Shown here: piece after piece, positions 14,150-27,485 of the stretch
Numbering within the stretch: the first letter of the stretch is position 1
Layout of the letters: each line of letters opens with the position of its first letter
Source: Octopus sinensis
Taxonomy: Eukaryota
Assembly (NCBI RefSeq): GCF_006345805.1
Contig: NC_042997.1
Span: forward strand, 197,098,001 to 197,162,000
Reading direction: 5' to 3'
DNA length: 64,000 nucleotides
Translations under genes and position numbers: made by a program
Notes under the pieces: generated by a model
What the model was told of the DNA's origin: nothing
The model's input: only the letters and a program-made list of their open reading frames with translations
Databases searched by the model: none

Positions 14150-14527
14150 TCTCTCTCTATATAAACGGCAGTTTGTCTGTGTGTGTTTCTGTGTGTCTGT
14201 TAGCTTGTACCCTCACCCTGACCACGGCTTTCAACCGATTCTGATGAAACTTGACACACACATAGCCCAATGTCATAATTCAAAACTAACGCAGAGAAAA
14301 TTTTTAAAAGTTCCCCCAGTTCTGAAAAAAATCGATAAATTCGACATGGGGTCGGGTCGAGAATCAGAAACACAAACCACAGACTGTCTAGGGGACGCAA
14401 CTCGACCGTTTTAACTCTCAAAAAAATTTACCATAATTTTTTTCCATTTTTTTGGGCTATAACTCTCTAAAAATGCTTTATAGTTATTTCCCTTACAAAC
14501 CCGAGCAACGCCGGGCGATACTGCTAG
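14150..14527 (+). mobile_element. Non-autonomous Helitron, complete
   Basis: A|TC 5' end (TCTCTCTCTATATAAA), subterminal hairpin CCCGAGCAACGCCGGG (14500-14515), 3' CTAG|T and no TSD: the canonical Helitron hallmarks. Confidence 0.88.
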
Positions 14528-14759
14528 TATAACATACAATACTATGGCTGACGTGCCTCCCCCCTCACAGAATGTATGTGTGTATGTGTGTGCGCGCGTG
14601 TGTGTATCTGTGTGTGTGTCTGAGTGTGTGTGTTCAAAGAAGTATTAGCAATAAAAAGGAAGATGAAGAATAAATCTAAATGAAACCATCTTCTTTCTAA
14701 GTATTATATACTTTTAGATTTAACTTCTGCAAAAGTAAATCATATTAAAACAAGCACAA

Positions 14760-15245
14760 ATTCCGCCGAGTTTGACTTTGCCTTTTATCCTTTCGGGGTC
14801 GATTAACTAAGAACCAGTTACGCACTGCGGTCGATATAATCGATTTAATCCCTTTGTCTGTCTTTGTTTGTCCCCTCTGTGTTTAGCCCCTTGTGGGCAA
14901 TAAAGAAATAAGAATCGTTAGCATGCCGGGCGAAATTCTTAGCGGTATTTCGTCTGTCTTTACGTTCTGAGATCAAATACCGCCGAGGTCGACTATGCCT
15001 TTGATGCTTTCGGGGTCGATAAATTAAGTACCAGTTGCGTACTGGGGTAGATCTAATCGACTGCCACTCTACCCAAAGATTTCGGGCCTTGTGCCTAGAT
15101 GAGAAAAGAATCGTTTGCCAGCCGGGCGAAATCTGCCGCTACGTTCTGAGTTCAAATTCCGCCGAGGTCGACTTTGGAGTGGATGTTATCGGACATTCCC
15201 CTCCCACAAAATTTCAGCCCCTGTGCCTTCAGCAGAAAGTATTAT
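14760..15245 (+). mobile_element. Three head-to-tail SINE family B units
   Basis: Three repeats of CCGCCGAG(G/T)T(C/T)GACT; the first two continue into CTTTCGGGGTCGAT. Units are joined at AAGAATCGTT. Confidence 0.85.
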
Positions 15246-15957
15246 TAAAACAAGCAAAACATAAGTGGTATTTAAACATGTAAGAATATATCGAATTTCT
15301 AGAAGAAAAGTGGAGCGGTAGTGGAAATTCCTTGAGTTGATATTGGTATGTGTGGTGAGTTACTGGTATCATAGATAAGTGACGTGAAGTATAGTCTAGT
15401 GTTTATATAAGTCACAACTCTCGAGACACAAGAAAGAAGTTATTTTCAATTCCATAACTGAAAACTGTTGGAGAAAATAGAAACATTCTGAGAATGACGC
15501 AGATTATAATAGAAGACGTTTGACAGTGCTCGTCTCACGATGGCTCCAACAAATTTAGCTAGTAGCAACACAGCACCGTTAACAAGCTAATACATCAAAC
15601 TTGTCATCAATAAATATACGATGTCTGCATAGAATACATAAGAGAAGACGGAAATGAAAATGGATACAATGAAAACGAAAATAATGTTTCATGAGATATT
15701 TCGCCAAGCCACCATCTTCTGTTTCTTAACGCACATTTTTGAACGAAATTGGATAATGATGTAAGGAGTATAGGATAACAATAAGCCGTGCCTTATAGGT
15801 CGTTCAGCTCAATTATTATGATAGGATAGCTAACGATTGGGCAACTGCAAATAGACTAGTGCTTAGGTACAGCAGAGAAATTGACAGGGAGACACTGTCT
15901 GCAGATTTGCATGGAGGCAAGTACCCAAAGGTGACCGGAAAATAAGTAATATGCTGA

Positions 15958-16072
15958 TTGATAAACAGTCAATAAAATTAGGCCAAATAAGACAATAATA
16001 CAGAGAGAGTTTAGCCTAGAATTATAAGAAGTTAGGAAAAAGTATGGCCTAATTTTATTGAATGTTTATCAA
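15958..16072. repeat. 28-bp inverted repeat pair (MITE-like)
   Basis: TTGATAAACAGTCAATAAAATTAGGCCA (15958-15985) and TGGCCTAATTTTATTGAATGTTTATCAA (16045-16072), one mismatch. Confidence 0.75.
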
Positions 16073-16655
16073 CCAAAAGTATGATTGCTACATTTGATCA
16101 TTACTTAAAACTGAACACCGTGCGGACGATAAGACATTTAATATTTTTAAAAAATCTTTTCTAAAGGATATAAAGGATTTCTGTTATTTAATGTCTACCA
16201 CAGGGTTGCAAAATACACTGGAGACAGTAGAGAAAATAACTGCAAAGATTTGAAGTATTTTTCCATTTTCAGGGAGACTGGTGAGTACAACATGGAAGAA
16301 GATGTTGAGAAAAGTTACAGCTAATGTAAAATGGGACTATAAATTGTAATAGGAAGATTTCTGGGGCTGAGAGGGGGAACGTGTATATTATAGTGTCAAT
16401 ATTCAGTAGTGCCATATGGAATCCAACTATAGCTGAAAAGCTCTGCACTGAAGACAGTAACGGAAAGTCTCAATTTAGCTGCCAAACATTGATGCACATG
16501 AACAATAATTGAAGGGACGAAAAATACTACTACAACTGCAGACCATGCAGGCAACATAAAAAAAAAACATCGACTACTTTATTTTCAGTCGCTAAATCAT
16601 GACAATAACACAATAATATATATGTGTGTGTGTGTGTGTTGTGTGTGTGTGTGCA

Positions 16656-16702
<47 letters not shown>

Positions 16703-16712
16703 TATATATATG

Positions 16713-16888
16713 GGCGCAGGAGTGGCTGTGTGGTAAGTAGCTTGCTTACCCACCACATGGTTCCGGGTCAGTCTCACTGCGTGACACCTTGGCAAGTGTC
16801 TTCTAGTATAGCCTCGGGCCGACCAAAGCCTTGTGAATGGATTTTGGTAGACGGAAACTGAAAGAAGCCTGTCGTAATATATATATAT

Positions 16889-16929
<41 letters not shown>

Positions 16930-17054
16930 GTATGTTTGTTTTTGACTTTGTTTGTGTTGACAACCGATACCGGGGTTTTTATTACCCCGTAACTTAGAGG
17001 TTCGGCAAAAGAGTCAGATACAATAAGTACTAGGCTCAGAAAGAATAAGTCCTG
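16713..17054 (+). mobile_element. SINE family A, 3' truncated
   Basis: GGCGCAGGAGTGGCTGTGTGGTAAGTAGCTTGCTTACC head, internal (TA)n, ends at AAGAATAAGTCCTG. Confidence 0.9.
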
Positions 17055-17062
17055 ATAGATAG

Positions 17063-17117
<55 letters not shown>

Positions 17118-17876
17118 CATACATATGTTGTGTGTGTATGTATATAGATAGACAGACAGATATATGCAGATACACACACACACACATATGTATGTATTTA
17201 TTATGTATGTATATATGTATGCAACCAGTTATATACCCAAGTGATTAGTTTTCGACATATGTAAACACTTTAACATCAATATTGGTAATTGCTTATATTG
17301 TAGGTGTTTCATACACGTCCTGCGTCCGGTATGTAACAATGACATGGTTATACTGCATTAGCGCGTGCATGTCTACAGCGAGGAAATATGGAAACTCATC
17401 GATCGAGCAGCACTAAGCGAATATAACAAACAAGACTAAAAACGAAAAGTAACGCCAACAACATACCAAAAAAAAAAATAATAATAGAGAAATATTACAG
17501 TATAAACATACAAACGGAAATCTATGCCAGCTGAAAGCGAAGTAGAGCTCATGCTGTAGCAGGAACTAGATAGAAACTAAAGAACCTATGATATTGATAA
17601 CGACTGTAATTGCTTATAATTAACGCAAATGGCCAGAACTTTAAAAAAAACAAACAAAAAATATACAGGGTTGTAGTCGAAGACATTGACCATAGAACAT
17701 GACTGACGATTTGTTTAATGACCCCTCCCCATAGGATAAAAGGCATGTCAACCGTCACCCTCGGCGGCATTTGGACTTAGAATATAAAACCCGATGAACT
17801 GACACTAAGCATAATGTTCAGTGCGATAAGATCATTTCAACCTGATAATTTAATAATAATGATAATAATAATAATG

Positions 17877-17915
<39 letters not shown>

Positions 17916-17916
17916 T

Positions 17917-18470
17917 AATGCCCTGATGCAGTACCAGGCAGTGGGTCTCATGGATTCTGATCTTAACTGATTGGAAGTGTTGTCATGTACATTGTTTTGT
18001 CTTGGTATAAAAGATGGGTTACAGCAAATATTCTGCTCAATACCACAGATTTGCTTGTCAGTTGTTTGACCTTAACCAGCTTAGCATGTTCCTTAGTGGC
18101 TGACGATATGTGCATCGCTGATCATGAGCAGAAGTAGTAGGGGAGCATCATAGCCGTGTGTTGAAAGGAATTCTTAGGGGTTTGGATAATTCACCTTTGG
18201 AAACATGGGTGGTTCGTTCAACATCCTTAAACAATCCTTATTCAGGGACCTTTTGAGGGAATGGGCTACTCGACCAGAAGAAAATTCTAACTGGGCCCCA
18301 CCTGTAAGGTCATGCGGTGTTTATCGTGATATGTGATCACCATGTAGCGCACATATGGTTGTGATGCATGTGCCTGGTGTACTCTTATCAGACGGAGAGT
18401 CATGATGGGTATACTGGGCTTCGTACATTTTACCCCAGTGTCACTTTGATGGCATGCACTGTTCTCTCAC
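17917..18470. mobile_element. Interspersed non-coding element embedded in (AAT)n, possibly a non-autonomous R4/Dong-type retroelement
   Basis: About 550 bp of complex, GC-richer sequence bounded on both sides by long (AAT)n runs (17850-17915 and 18471-18527), with no meaningful ORF. The class assignment is inferred from the target repeat. Confidence 0.55.
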
Positions 18471-18528
<58 letters not shown>

Positions 18529-19611
18529 GAAGAAGAAGAAGAAAAAGAAGAAGATTCATAATATTTATTTATTCATTTATTTTAATCATCTGTGTATTTA
18601 GAATTTGCATAAATTTCTCGAAAAACATGTTCTCAATTTTCTAGTTTCTATAATTGTCCACGTAACTCGATAAAGACTCTGGCGTTTGAATACGACGGCA
18701 ATGAATTTCTTTCACCATTCATTGCAGATAAAAGCGCCTTGTAATTATTACACGAAATTTTTCAAATGGAGTTTGACACAAAGTTATTTCCTCTAGGATG
18801 TTTGAACTCTCAAGTGGTTAAAGTCCCGCCTTTTTCTTCATTCTTATTTTTTTTCATACCTTCTTGAAATCCATATTTACACATCATTGATAAACCATTT
18901 CCTTCGTCTAATTATCGAAGAGGACGCAAGCTTGCAGAGTTGCAAGTTATAGATATTGATATGTGAAAGGTCATTTATCGATATATATATATATATATAT
19001 GTATATATTTTATTTTTTCGCAACTGCCTTAGTGATGTTAATAGTATGGCATTTAGCAACAGTAAAATAAGTTAACGCATTCGCTTGATGGAGCTTAAAG
19101 CAAGAGATGCCTGAAGTAAAATGTTGCTAAATTGAATAAGCACAGTATAAGCTGTGACTTCGATGCATGCAATTTGATCAGAGGCCAGACAAATAATTTT
19201 CTATATGATAGTTGAAAATTACTTTCTTACACCCTAGTCTCTGGAATGAGTCATCATTTAAATTAATGAATCATTGAACCACACACACAAACATACATAC
19301 ACACACACATACATATACACACGTGCATTTGTACAGATATAGACACACTTAGATATTTATGCTGACATATATACATGTGTGTGTGTGTTGCTAATTAGCT
19401 ACACGCATAATTTGTACATGTATAGCGAACTTCATATTTCAGCCTATGAGCGCATTGGTGGTGATGTTAGATATACATAGCAACGTATATCTGTATGTGA
19501 CAGAGAGAGAGAGAGGGAGAGGAGAGAGAGGAGAGAAAGAGAGAGGAGAGAAAGAGAGAGAGAAAGTGTGAGAGAGAAGTGTGAGATGCATAAAAGTTGC
19601 ATATACAAACA

Positions 19612-19645
<34 letters not shown>

Positions 19646-19650
19646 GTATA

Positions 19651-19682
<32 letters not shown>

Positions 19683-19717
19683 AATATATTATCATATGTT
19701 TAAGAAACGTATATATA

Positions 19718-19843
19718 TTCTTTTCTGTTCCGGGTAATAGGCTCGAAATTTTTGGAGAGGGGACCAGTCGATTAGATCGACCCCAGTGTTTCACTTGTAC
19801 TTAATTTACCGACCCCGAAAGGATGAAAGGCAAACTCGACCTC
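19718..19843 (-). mobile_element. SINE family B, 3' half
   Basis: CGACCCCGAAAGGATGAAAGGCAAACTCGACCTC core on the plus strand. Confidence 0.85.
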
Positions 19844-19859
19844 AATGACAGCCTCCTCA

Positions 19860-20197
19860 AATATGTGGCATTTGGTGAATAAGGGATTTTGACGTTGCTA
19901 TCCTCATTTGCACCTCTTTCTGCGAGGTAGGTACATCAAGGACTCTCGACAGGAAGAAGTCCAGTTTTGATTTGAAAAGATATACATCCACTTTGTGTAG
20001 GTCCCTCAGACTCTTTAGGACAATATTAAAAAGCTGTGGGCACCTGACAACCAGGGTGTTTCAGTAACTAGTCCTGAAGCGCGATGGAATTACTAGGATC
20101 TTTCGCGCTGTGCACAGTCGACCCGTTCTGGCATTGGTATACATTTCAATGCCAAAATTTGGCACAATTCCTTCCAGGATCTTCCAAATGCATATTA
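19860..20197 (-). pseudogene. Decayed 3' end of a CR1/L2-superclade LINE ORF2
   Basis: Minus translation VICIWKILEGIVPNFG...*NTLVVRCPQLFNIVLKSLRDLHKVDVYLFKSKLDFFLSRVLDVPTSQKEVQMRIATSKSLIHQ matches the WKILEGxVPN...GPxLFN...FKxxLDxxLxxIPDxP...SNSL C-terminal pattern. It contains an in-frame stop. Confidence 0.8.
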
Positions 20198-20200
20198 CAT

Positions 20201-20231
<31 letters not shown>

Positions 20232-20303
20232 ATATATATATGCGCATGCACATATACATATTATATATAGATATACACAATTACATACAGTTACTTCCAT
20301 ATG

Positions 20304-20351
<48 letters not shown>

Positions 20352-20439
20352 ATTATATTATATATACCGAGTAAGTAAACACAAAATGTGAAACAAGGTG
20401 GAAAAAAGAGTACTCAAATATCAGTGGTAGAGTAATATG

Positions 20440-20577
20440 CTTTATTTAAAGCAGCAGAAAATTCAACAAAACCTGTTACTCTGAGTTTACCGTTGCCGTT
20501 CATCGGACAGTTTTTGAACGGCAACGAGAAACTCAGAGTAACAGGCTTTGTTGAATTATCTGCTGCTTTAAATAAAG
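20440..20577. repeat. Fold-back: 63-bp inverted repeat with a 12-nt loop
   Basis: Arms 20440-20502 and 20515-20577 are reverse complements with four mismatches; the element lies between (TA)n tracts. Confidence 0.9.
20473..20510 (-). ncRNA. Type I hammerhead-like motif (CCGATGA core), with an inverted partial copy at 20515-20544 (+)
   Basis: Minus: CTGT-CCGATGA-ACG-gcaa-CG-gtAAA-CTC-a-GAG-TA-ACAG. Plus arm: TGA-ACG-gcaa-CGA-GAAA-CTC-a-GAG-TA-ACAG. The two arms together give stem I CTGT/ACAG, a GNRA-capped stem II, GAAA, stem III and a GUA site. Confidence 0.65.
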
Positions 20578-21356
20578 TATATATATATATATATGCGTGT
20601 GTGTATGCATTTATAGATATCATGCACGTATGCATATATTATATTTATCAAATTATATAGGTAATATAGTTTGACATATGAGTTACTCTAGTCCAGTTTT
20701 TACAAAGATCATAGTTTTAACAGACAGATTCATTGTACTTCCTTCCCGAATTCTGTTATTTACGATTGAGATTAGAAATTTATCTTCATGTCAGCAAGTA
20801 ATCATTACGTCTGTTTCGCTATGAAATTTATATTCATAATTCTACCACACACAACCCATCCACATATATATATATACATATATATATATGTGTGTGTGTA
20901 TGTGTATGTGTGTGTATGTGTGTGTTTGTGTGTGTATGTATCTATGTATGTATGTATACATATATATATATATATATATATGTATATAAATGTCTATCTA
21001 TATGTCTGTCTCTATAAATAATATGTACATACACACACATATATATATATAGGTAGATAGATAGATGGACAGATAGATAGGTAGATACATATACAAGCAG
21101 ACAGGCAGACAGGCAGACAGACAGATAGACAGACACATATAGATAGACAGACAGACACATATAGACAGACAGACACATATAGACATATACAGATATAGAA
21201 AGAAAGACAGATATAGACAGAAAGACATATAGATAGAAAGACAGATATAGATAGACAGACAGAAAGACAGATATAGATAGACAGAAAGACAGATATAGAC
21301 AGACAGACAGATATAGGCAGACAGACAGACAGACATAGATAGATAGATAGACATAT

Positions 21357-21387
<31 letters not shown>

Positions 21388-22120
21388 TAAAGATAGATAG
21401 ATATTTAAATTAACATATCACGTATTTTCCCAATAAATCACCGCGAGTGACATTGTTCTTATAATGATATCGCTTCTGCGCCAGGGCATAATAAGCGGCG
21501 GAAGCAATAAAACCAGAACAGTACTCTACTTAAATATATTCTGACACGACAGCCATATTTTATGGTATTCACGGTTTTGTAGTATTGTTATCTATTTTAG
21601 CAAGTTGCCAGTACATATTCATAACTGAATGCCATAAGACATCTTATAGCATTAAATATGAATTATTTATTCTAATAATTCTGTGTGATATCGATTGTTA
21701 GCGATCGTTTTATGTTTTTGAACTCTGGGTCTTTTATATAATGATTACAATATATTTACGTCCTGAAAAATATATAACCAGCATCATTTGCTCTGAACGA
21801 TGAATTAATTGATATACAAGAATGTAAGATGGTAAGAAGGGATGTGGGTTAAACAGAGAATGGGTAGGACCGTGGGAAGACGGATAGAGACTGTATGTAA
21901 GAAAGAGAAATAAGGAAGAAAAACGATAAAGAAAAATAATAACACCAAAGGGAGGAAAAACATGTTGCCACAGACAGAATGTGTTTGCGTATAGATTTAT
22001 ATAAAATATATAAATTGATTATTGCTTTCCCTTCTAACGATAATGTGAATAAACCAGTAAATATTAATTAGTGGTGCAGAGTTATATACACAGCTTCATA
22101 CAAACTAACATAATTAATCG

Positions 22121-22159
<39 letters not shown>

Positions 22160-22482
22160 TACAACCTTTTCAACACTATTTCTGTAGACACACACACATA
22201 TACTACACATATATATATATACACATATACACATTTCCAACACTATTTCTGTAGACAAACACACACACATATATACACGCACACACAGATATATATATGT
22301 ATATATATACATGTTTGTATATATATATATATATTATATATATATATATATATACATACATATATACATATTTATATATGTCTATATATGCATATATATA
22401 TATATATATATAATATATATATATAATATATATAATATATATATATATATATAATATATATATATACATATGTATACGTATG

Positions 22483-22516
<34 letters not shown>

Positions 22517-22631
22517 TTTATATATGAGGATAATATCGATATTTAAGTGTCGAAATTATCAAGTGGCCAGCATGAAAGAAATACCTTACAAAGGCATGTT
22601 GGTGTCTTTTAGACACCCTCATTTTTAATTG

Positions 22632-22675
<44 letters not shown>

Positions 22676-22682
22676 ACGTATG

Positions 22683-22723
<41 letters not shown>

Positions 22724-23817
22724 TTATATAAAACTTCCTCCGTTTGTATGAATGCCTGTATGTTTGTATGAGTCCCTTCTGTGCTTCATAGAATCGCATT
22801 AATGCTTTCTGTTGTTATTCCTTTTCTGATACTGTTTCTACGTTATTACTATTTATTATTCGTGTGAATTTGTTATAAGCATTTATCCTGATCAGAAGGT
22901 TAATTAAATAACGCCAACAGGTACACTACTCTGCTCATAATGACATGTTAGCACTTTGTTACCTCAGCCATTAAATCCACAGGGAAACCCATTCATTTCG
23001 TCTTTGTTCAGTGCCTGTTAATAGCTACACTCACATACATCCTTAAGTACACGTTGCTAATAGCATAGGTGTTTACAAAGATACACTAATACTCCTTTTA
23101 TAGAATAAATTTTTCACTTTCTTTATTTCTCTCTATAATTTTGATAGCGATATTGATTAAGATATATCTTGCGAAAATAACATTGTGTAAGAGGAAACAA
23201 AAATACAAAATTTATACCTGTTTATATATTTAATAATCAACCAAATGTGAAAAAAAAAAGTGGTGTATGTTTTATAGATGAAGAACTAGACATAGGTGAG
23301 TATTAATGGATCTATTTCCCATTGATTTATTTTCTTCTGATGTTAATATTTGAAAACAGAATTTAGTTAAAATACACATCTGCATTCCTGGATAACATTG
23401 AAAGGAGAAGCGCAACAACGATATCCCGACTTCTACCAGTAACGATTTCATTCAAGTGTACTTTCGGAATTACCTTTGTTCTTGTTCAGTTAAAGACTTT
23501 TAATTAAACGCTCGTGAACCTGGAGACAACAACGAAAATCGTTTTCATCTTCGAGACAACAAAGACAAATACGAAGCCGTAATAGTTTCTGACCAATACT
23601 TTTCCTTCCTACAACTTCCAAATCATTAACTGTCGTAATATTGCAATGTATACATACACACACAAGAAAAAAAATATATATTTCGTTTGTAGAAGAGCAG
23701 AAGGGTTACTGCAATGGTTTATACGGTTTTAAATATCAATAACTGAATAACAAAGTTGTAATCAGAGACTACTCATAAAGGAAAAACGGTCCATGTTAGT
23801 CTGGGAATGACCAACTA

Positions 23818-24000
23818 TCTTATATAAAATCCGTTCTGTGTGTGTGGCTTCTAGGATCTTGGGCATCCTCCATCCGATTGCGCTCAAATTTGATATGTAG
23901 ATACCGACGGTATCAGGGCGTGTATAAGTCTTGAAAAAATTACAAAAATCGATCCCAGGTGAGGATGCGATCGATAAAGCCGTGGGAAATCGTTTTTCTT
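23818..24000 (+). mobile_element. 5' fragment of a non-autonomous Helitron
   Basis: A|TCTTATATAAAA start, short (GT)n and a CATCCGATTGCGCTCAAATTTG motif analogous to the other Helitrons. No 3' CTAG hairpin end is seen. Confidence 0.55.
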
Positions 24001-24063
24001 TGGAATAGAAAAAAAGGCTATCTTTATTTCTTCTTTTGCTGGTGTCTCAAATTTAGGCTAAAT

Positions 24064-24185
24064 CAGTGTTTCTCAAAGTGGGGGGGGGGCCTATGTGGAC
24101 GGTCGGACAAGTTGTTTTGAGAAAATTTGGTTAAATGTTTGACAACTCAGCACCGTCCATTGGACGGGGGGCGTTTTTTTCGTAA
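24064..24185. mobile_element. hAT/Charlie-like terminal fragment
   Basis: Begins CAGTGTTTCTCAAAGTGGGG, a typical hAT-Charlie TIR start. The second TIR was not found. Confidence 0.4.
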
Positions 24186-24289
24186 AGTTTAATAGTGCAT
24201 TATACATGTTAATCAAGAAGACATCAAGATTGCGAACGTTTGTGCCAGTAATTGCAATATATCAAAAATGGCAAACAGCTCATCAGAAC

Positions 24290-24870
24290 CCAACCTTGTC
24301 TCTGTTAAAAGAGGTCTATTCAAAGGAAGTCTCCATCCCTTTGCAACTTTTATGTTATGTTAAACATGACTGGACGTGAATGCATATAACAAAAAAACGT
24401 TCCCGGTGAACCCGATCTCTAACTGCACACTGCAGTCAATAATCTAATAGAAACGCAATCTTATTTAGTGGAGAGATGTATTAGAGATAATTATAAGGAT
24501 TACAAATAAGATTATTACTCCACAGCAACGTTGAAGAATTGGTGATTATTTAAGAACACTAATATGATTTTAGTTAACAAGATGAAGAAATTTGCCCAAA
24601 TTCTATATTTAAAAATATCCAGGAAATAGTCATTCTAAATGTAAAAACAGACAAATGAATGAATAGGTTAAGAAAAGTCGAAAATGCATTAAGTTGTTAC
24701 AAAGCTCATTAGATTAACATCCATTATAAAATAAACTCCCAAGCAGAGTGTAATGGAAAACTAATACAGAAAACTACGGAAAATCAAACAAAAGCAAAAA
24801 TTGTGCGTTCACGCCTTCAAGGAAGACAGCAAATACAGAAAAGTCTGAAATTGAAGACATCTTTTTAAAG
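24290..24870 (+). pseudogene. Highly decayed RT/thumb remnant of an R4/Dong-like non-LTR retrotransposon
   Basis: VKRGLFKGSLHPFATFMLC* at about 24304-24363 resembles IKRGIFQGDSLSPLLFVLC. Downstream RLQGR and SEIEDIF weakly resemble LHGQ and ETEGxI. Many stops. Confidence 0.5.
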
Positions 24871-25275
24871 AGAACAGGGATGGAAAATCCTCATGACAAA
24901 GTTAAAGACTATGGAGAAAAATGAGCTAAAGAATGCATTGCTCGGTCGAAAGAATGAAAACTCCCGGAAAGGCCAATTATCAGAGAAAACAAAAATGAAC
25001 AGCGTGGAGGGGGATAAAGGTTTCGTTGACTGATTAGGAAATTATTGTGAGACCTGTTACGTACTGCTTTCGCCGAACTCGTAAACGGCAGCATCATAAA
25101 GTTTATCAGTGGTATAGTTATTACAAGTGTTAACACCACAACCCCCCCCCACCACCACTACTCTATCATCAACACCACCAACAACAGTAACAATAGTATT
25201 AGGAATTATTATTATCTTTTCGTTTAATTTCCTCGACCGGAAACCTAAGGCACGTATATATTAAGTGAAGAGAGA

Positions 25276-25523
25276 TTTCTTAAGAAGGTGATTGGTATAT
25301 GTCAGCACAATTTTTTGAACCCCGCAGTTTGTTGGTTTTCTTGGGTTCTGGTCAAACAATTTGTCAGTACCTTTCTTGATCATCATCAGGGCACCCACAT
25401 CAACAGGGCTGGCTCTTTTACTTTTAATTACCACATCCTAGATATCACAATCTCAAGGTCTTTGTATTTCGATATTTTTTCAAATTCTTCTACTGAGATG
25501 TTTCTATCAGTAGGCACACTCAT
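25276..25523 (-). pseudogene. Restriction-like endonuclease C-terminus of an R4/Dong-clade non-LTR retrotransposon (decayed)
   Basis: Minus translation MSVPTDRNISVEEFEKISKYKDLEIVISRMW*LKVK / PVDVGALMMIKKGTDKLFDQNPRKPTNCGVQKIVLTYTNHLLKK matches VPxDxNIxxKExEKIxKYxDLxxEIxRMW...PVVxGALG...QKxVLxxTAxILRK. It has one stop and one frameshift and is adjacent to TTA/TAA repeats. Confidence 0.85.
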
Positions 25524-25584
25524 ATTATGTATCATATATTATGATTATCGTTATGATTATTATTATTATTGTTAATATTATTAC

Positions 25585-25636
<52 letters not shown>

Positions 25637-26532
25637 GTAGTAGTAGTAGTAGTAGTAGTAGTCTAATTTTTATAGTCAGAAAGAGTATTATTATAAACAA
25701 AGTTAATGGAAAGCCAGAAGAAAAGAAATGAAATAAAAATATAGTTTTTTTTTTATATTTACTCTCATTATAAGATAGATTTCTGTGTCGTATATGTTGT
25801 GAGATTTAATTTTTAAAGCAAATTGATATTGGAGATATTTGATTTGGTTTTCATGGCTACGAACTAATTAATTTACGAATATTTCATTGTTTTATAGATA
25901 ACAAATAAAATCTGACAAACTATCTTTAGTTGGAATTTCAATAGAAATAGATATTTCTCCGTTTCATCGTCGTTGTCGTCATCACCACCACCACCACCAT
26001 CATCATTATTTTCATCATCGTCGACGTCCTCGTCATTATCATTATCATTGTTGTTGCTTGTGTTGTTGTTGTTGTACATAGATGTGGTAAAATAGATTTA
26101 TAAAAAAATTCTATTAATTTTCTTGATCAATATAGCGAAATCAATATGTATATCTATTTCGTAAAGATGTTTTGTTATTGTAGAAAATACTAATGGTTCG
26201 ATCATTTACAGATCGATATCGAATTTTAAAACGTATTTGTAGTTGCTTACTTAAATAACAGTTTCGAACTCTAAATGTAGGGCGTGCAATTTTGTACTTA
26301 TGTTAAGCGAGAGATACAAATGGTAAACGGATAGTGAACCCGATGCATGCAATTTAAGCAGGCATTTTATTTTTCTTGTCATACATATATGCATACGTAA
26401 AAGCACATACATACACACAGACACACACACACACACACACATCTATCTATCTATCAATCTATATATAATATATATGCATGTATGTCCATAGATATATACA
26501 TAAGTATATATGTACATATATATATATATATA

Positions 26533-26579
<47 letters not shown>

Positions 26580-27348
26580 TATACACACACATCATACATA
26601 TATATACCACACATACATTATATATATACACACAAACATTATATTACACACACATACATTATATAACACACACATACATTATATATACACAAATACATGA
26701 TATATATAATATAAATACATATACACACATATATTAACATACATATATATATATACATACATACATACACACACATATATATTTACATACATATATATAT
26801 ACATACATGTATATAGATATATATATATATATATATACATACATATACACACACTCACATATATAAATATATCAGCTTCTTGACTTCACGAGGGCTTAGA
26901 ACGGCAATATCCCGCAAGTGATTTTCGCCGAGTTCTTAACCATTCCGAATTAGCTCCAGTTAGTGAATAGTGAAGATTTAGAGAGGGTATATTCTTTTGC
27001 CAATACTTTCGAAAGTATGGCTAGATCCCGTTCAAAATAAACGCTGACAGTTTAAAAGAAGCAATATATTATGGAAAAGACAGTTAGAATCTTATCGAAG
27101 AAAATATGATGACAATGGCGAAAAAGTATATTATCATTGATATTAGGTTGGAGCTTACACGGACGTCTAACACTCGACATTTAAATCTTAAGGTGTCTCC
27201 GTTATATTTTCAGTTACTTACACCAATCCATCCATAAAACTATCTCTGTCTCTCTTTCCATTTCCCTATTTCTCTATCCATCGATCCATCTCTCTCTTTC
27301 TCTCTCTCTATCTATCTATCCACACAAACACATATGTAAATGTATGTG

Positions 27349-27381
<33 letters not shown>

Positions 27382-27485
27382 TGGTAAAAACGGTAAGATA
27401 ACAAAAGAAAGAAAGAGACCTCAATATTATGTAAATAGAGGAAATTTATCTGTAAATTAATATGTGACTATTATTCAATAGTCAA

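Noticed and set aside
14240-14252. CTGATGAAAC hammerhead-like string
   Set aside because: There is no stem II between the core halves; it is part of the Helitron CCGATT.TGATGAAA motif. Similar collapsed strings at 42799 and 52362 were rejected for the same reason.
15620-15930. Possible RTE RT remnant (MKMDTMKTKIMF)
   Set aside because: A single weak motif, too decayed to support. The same applies to 8330-8620 and 55500-56200.
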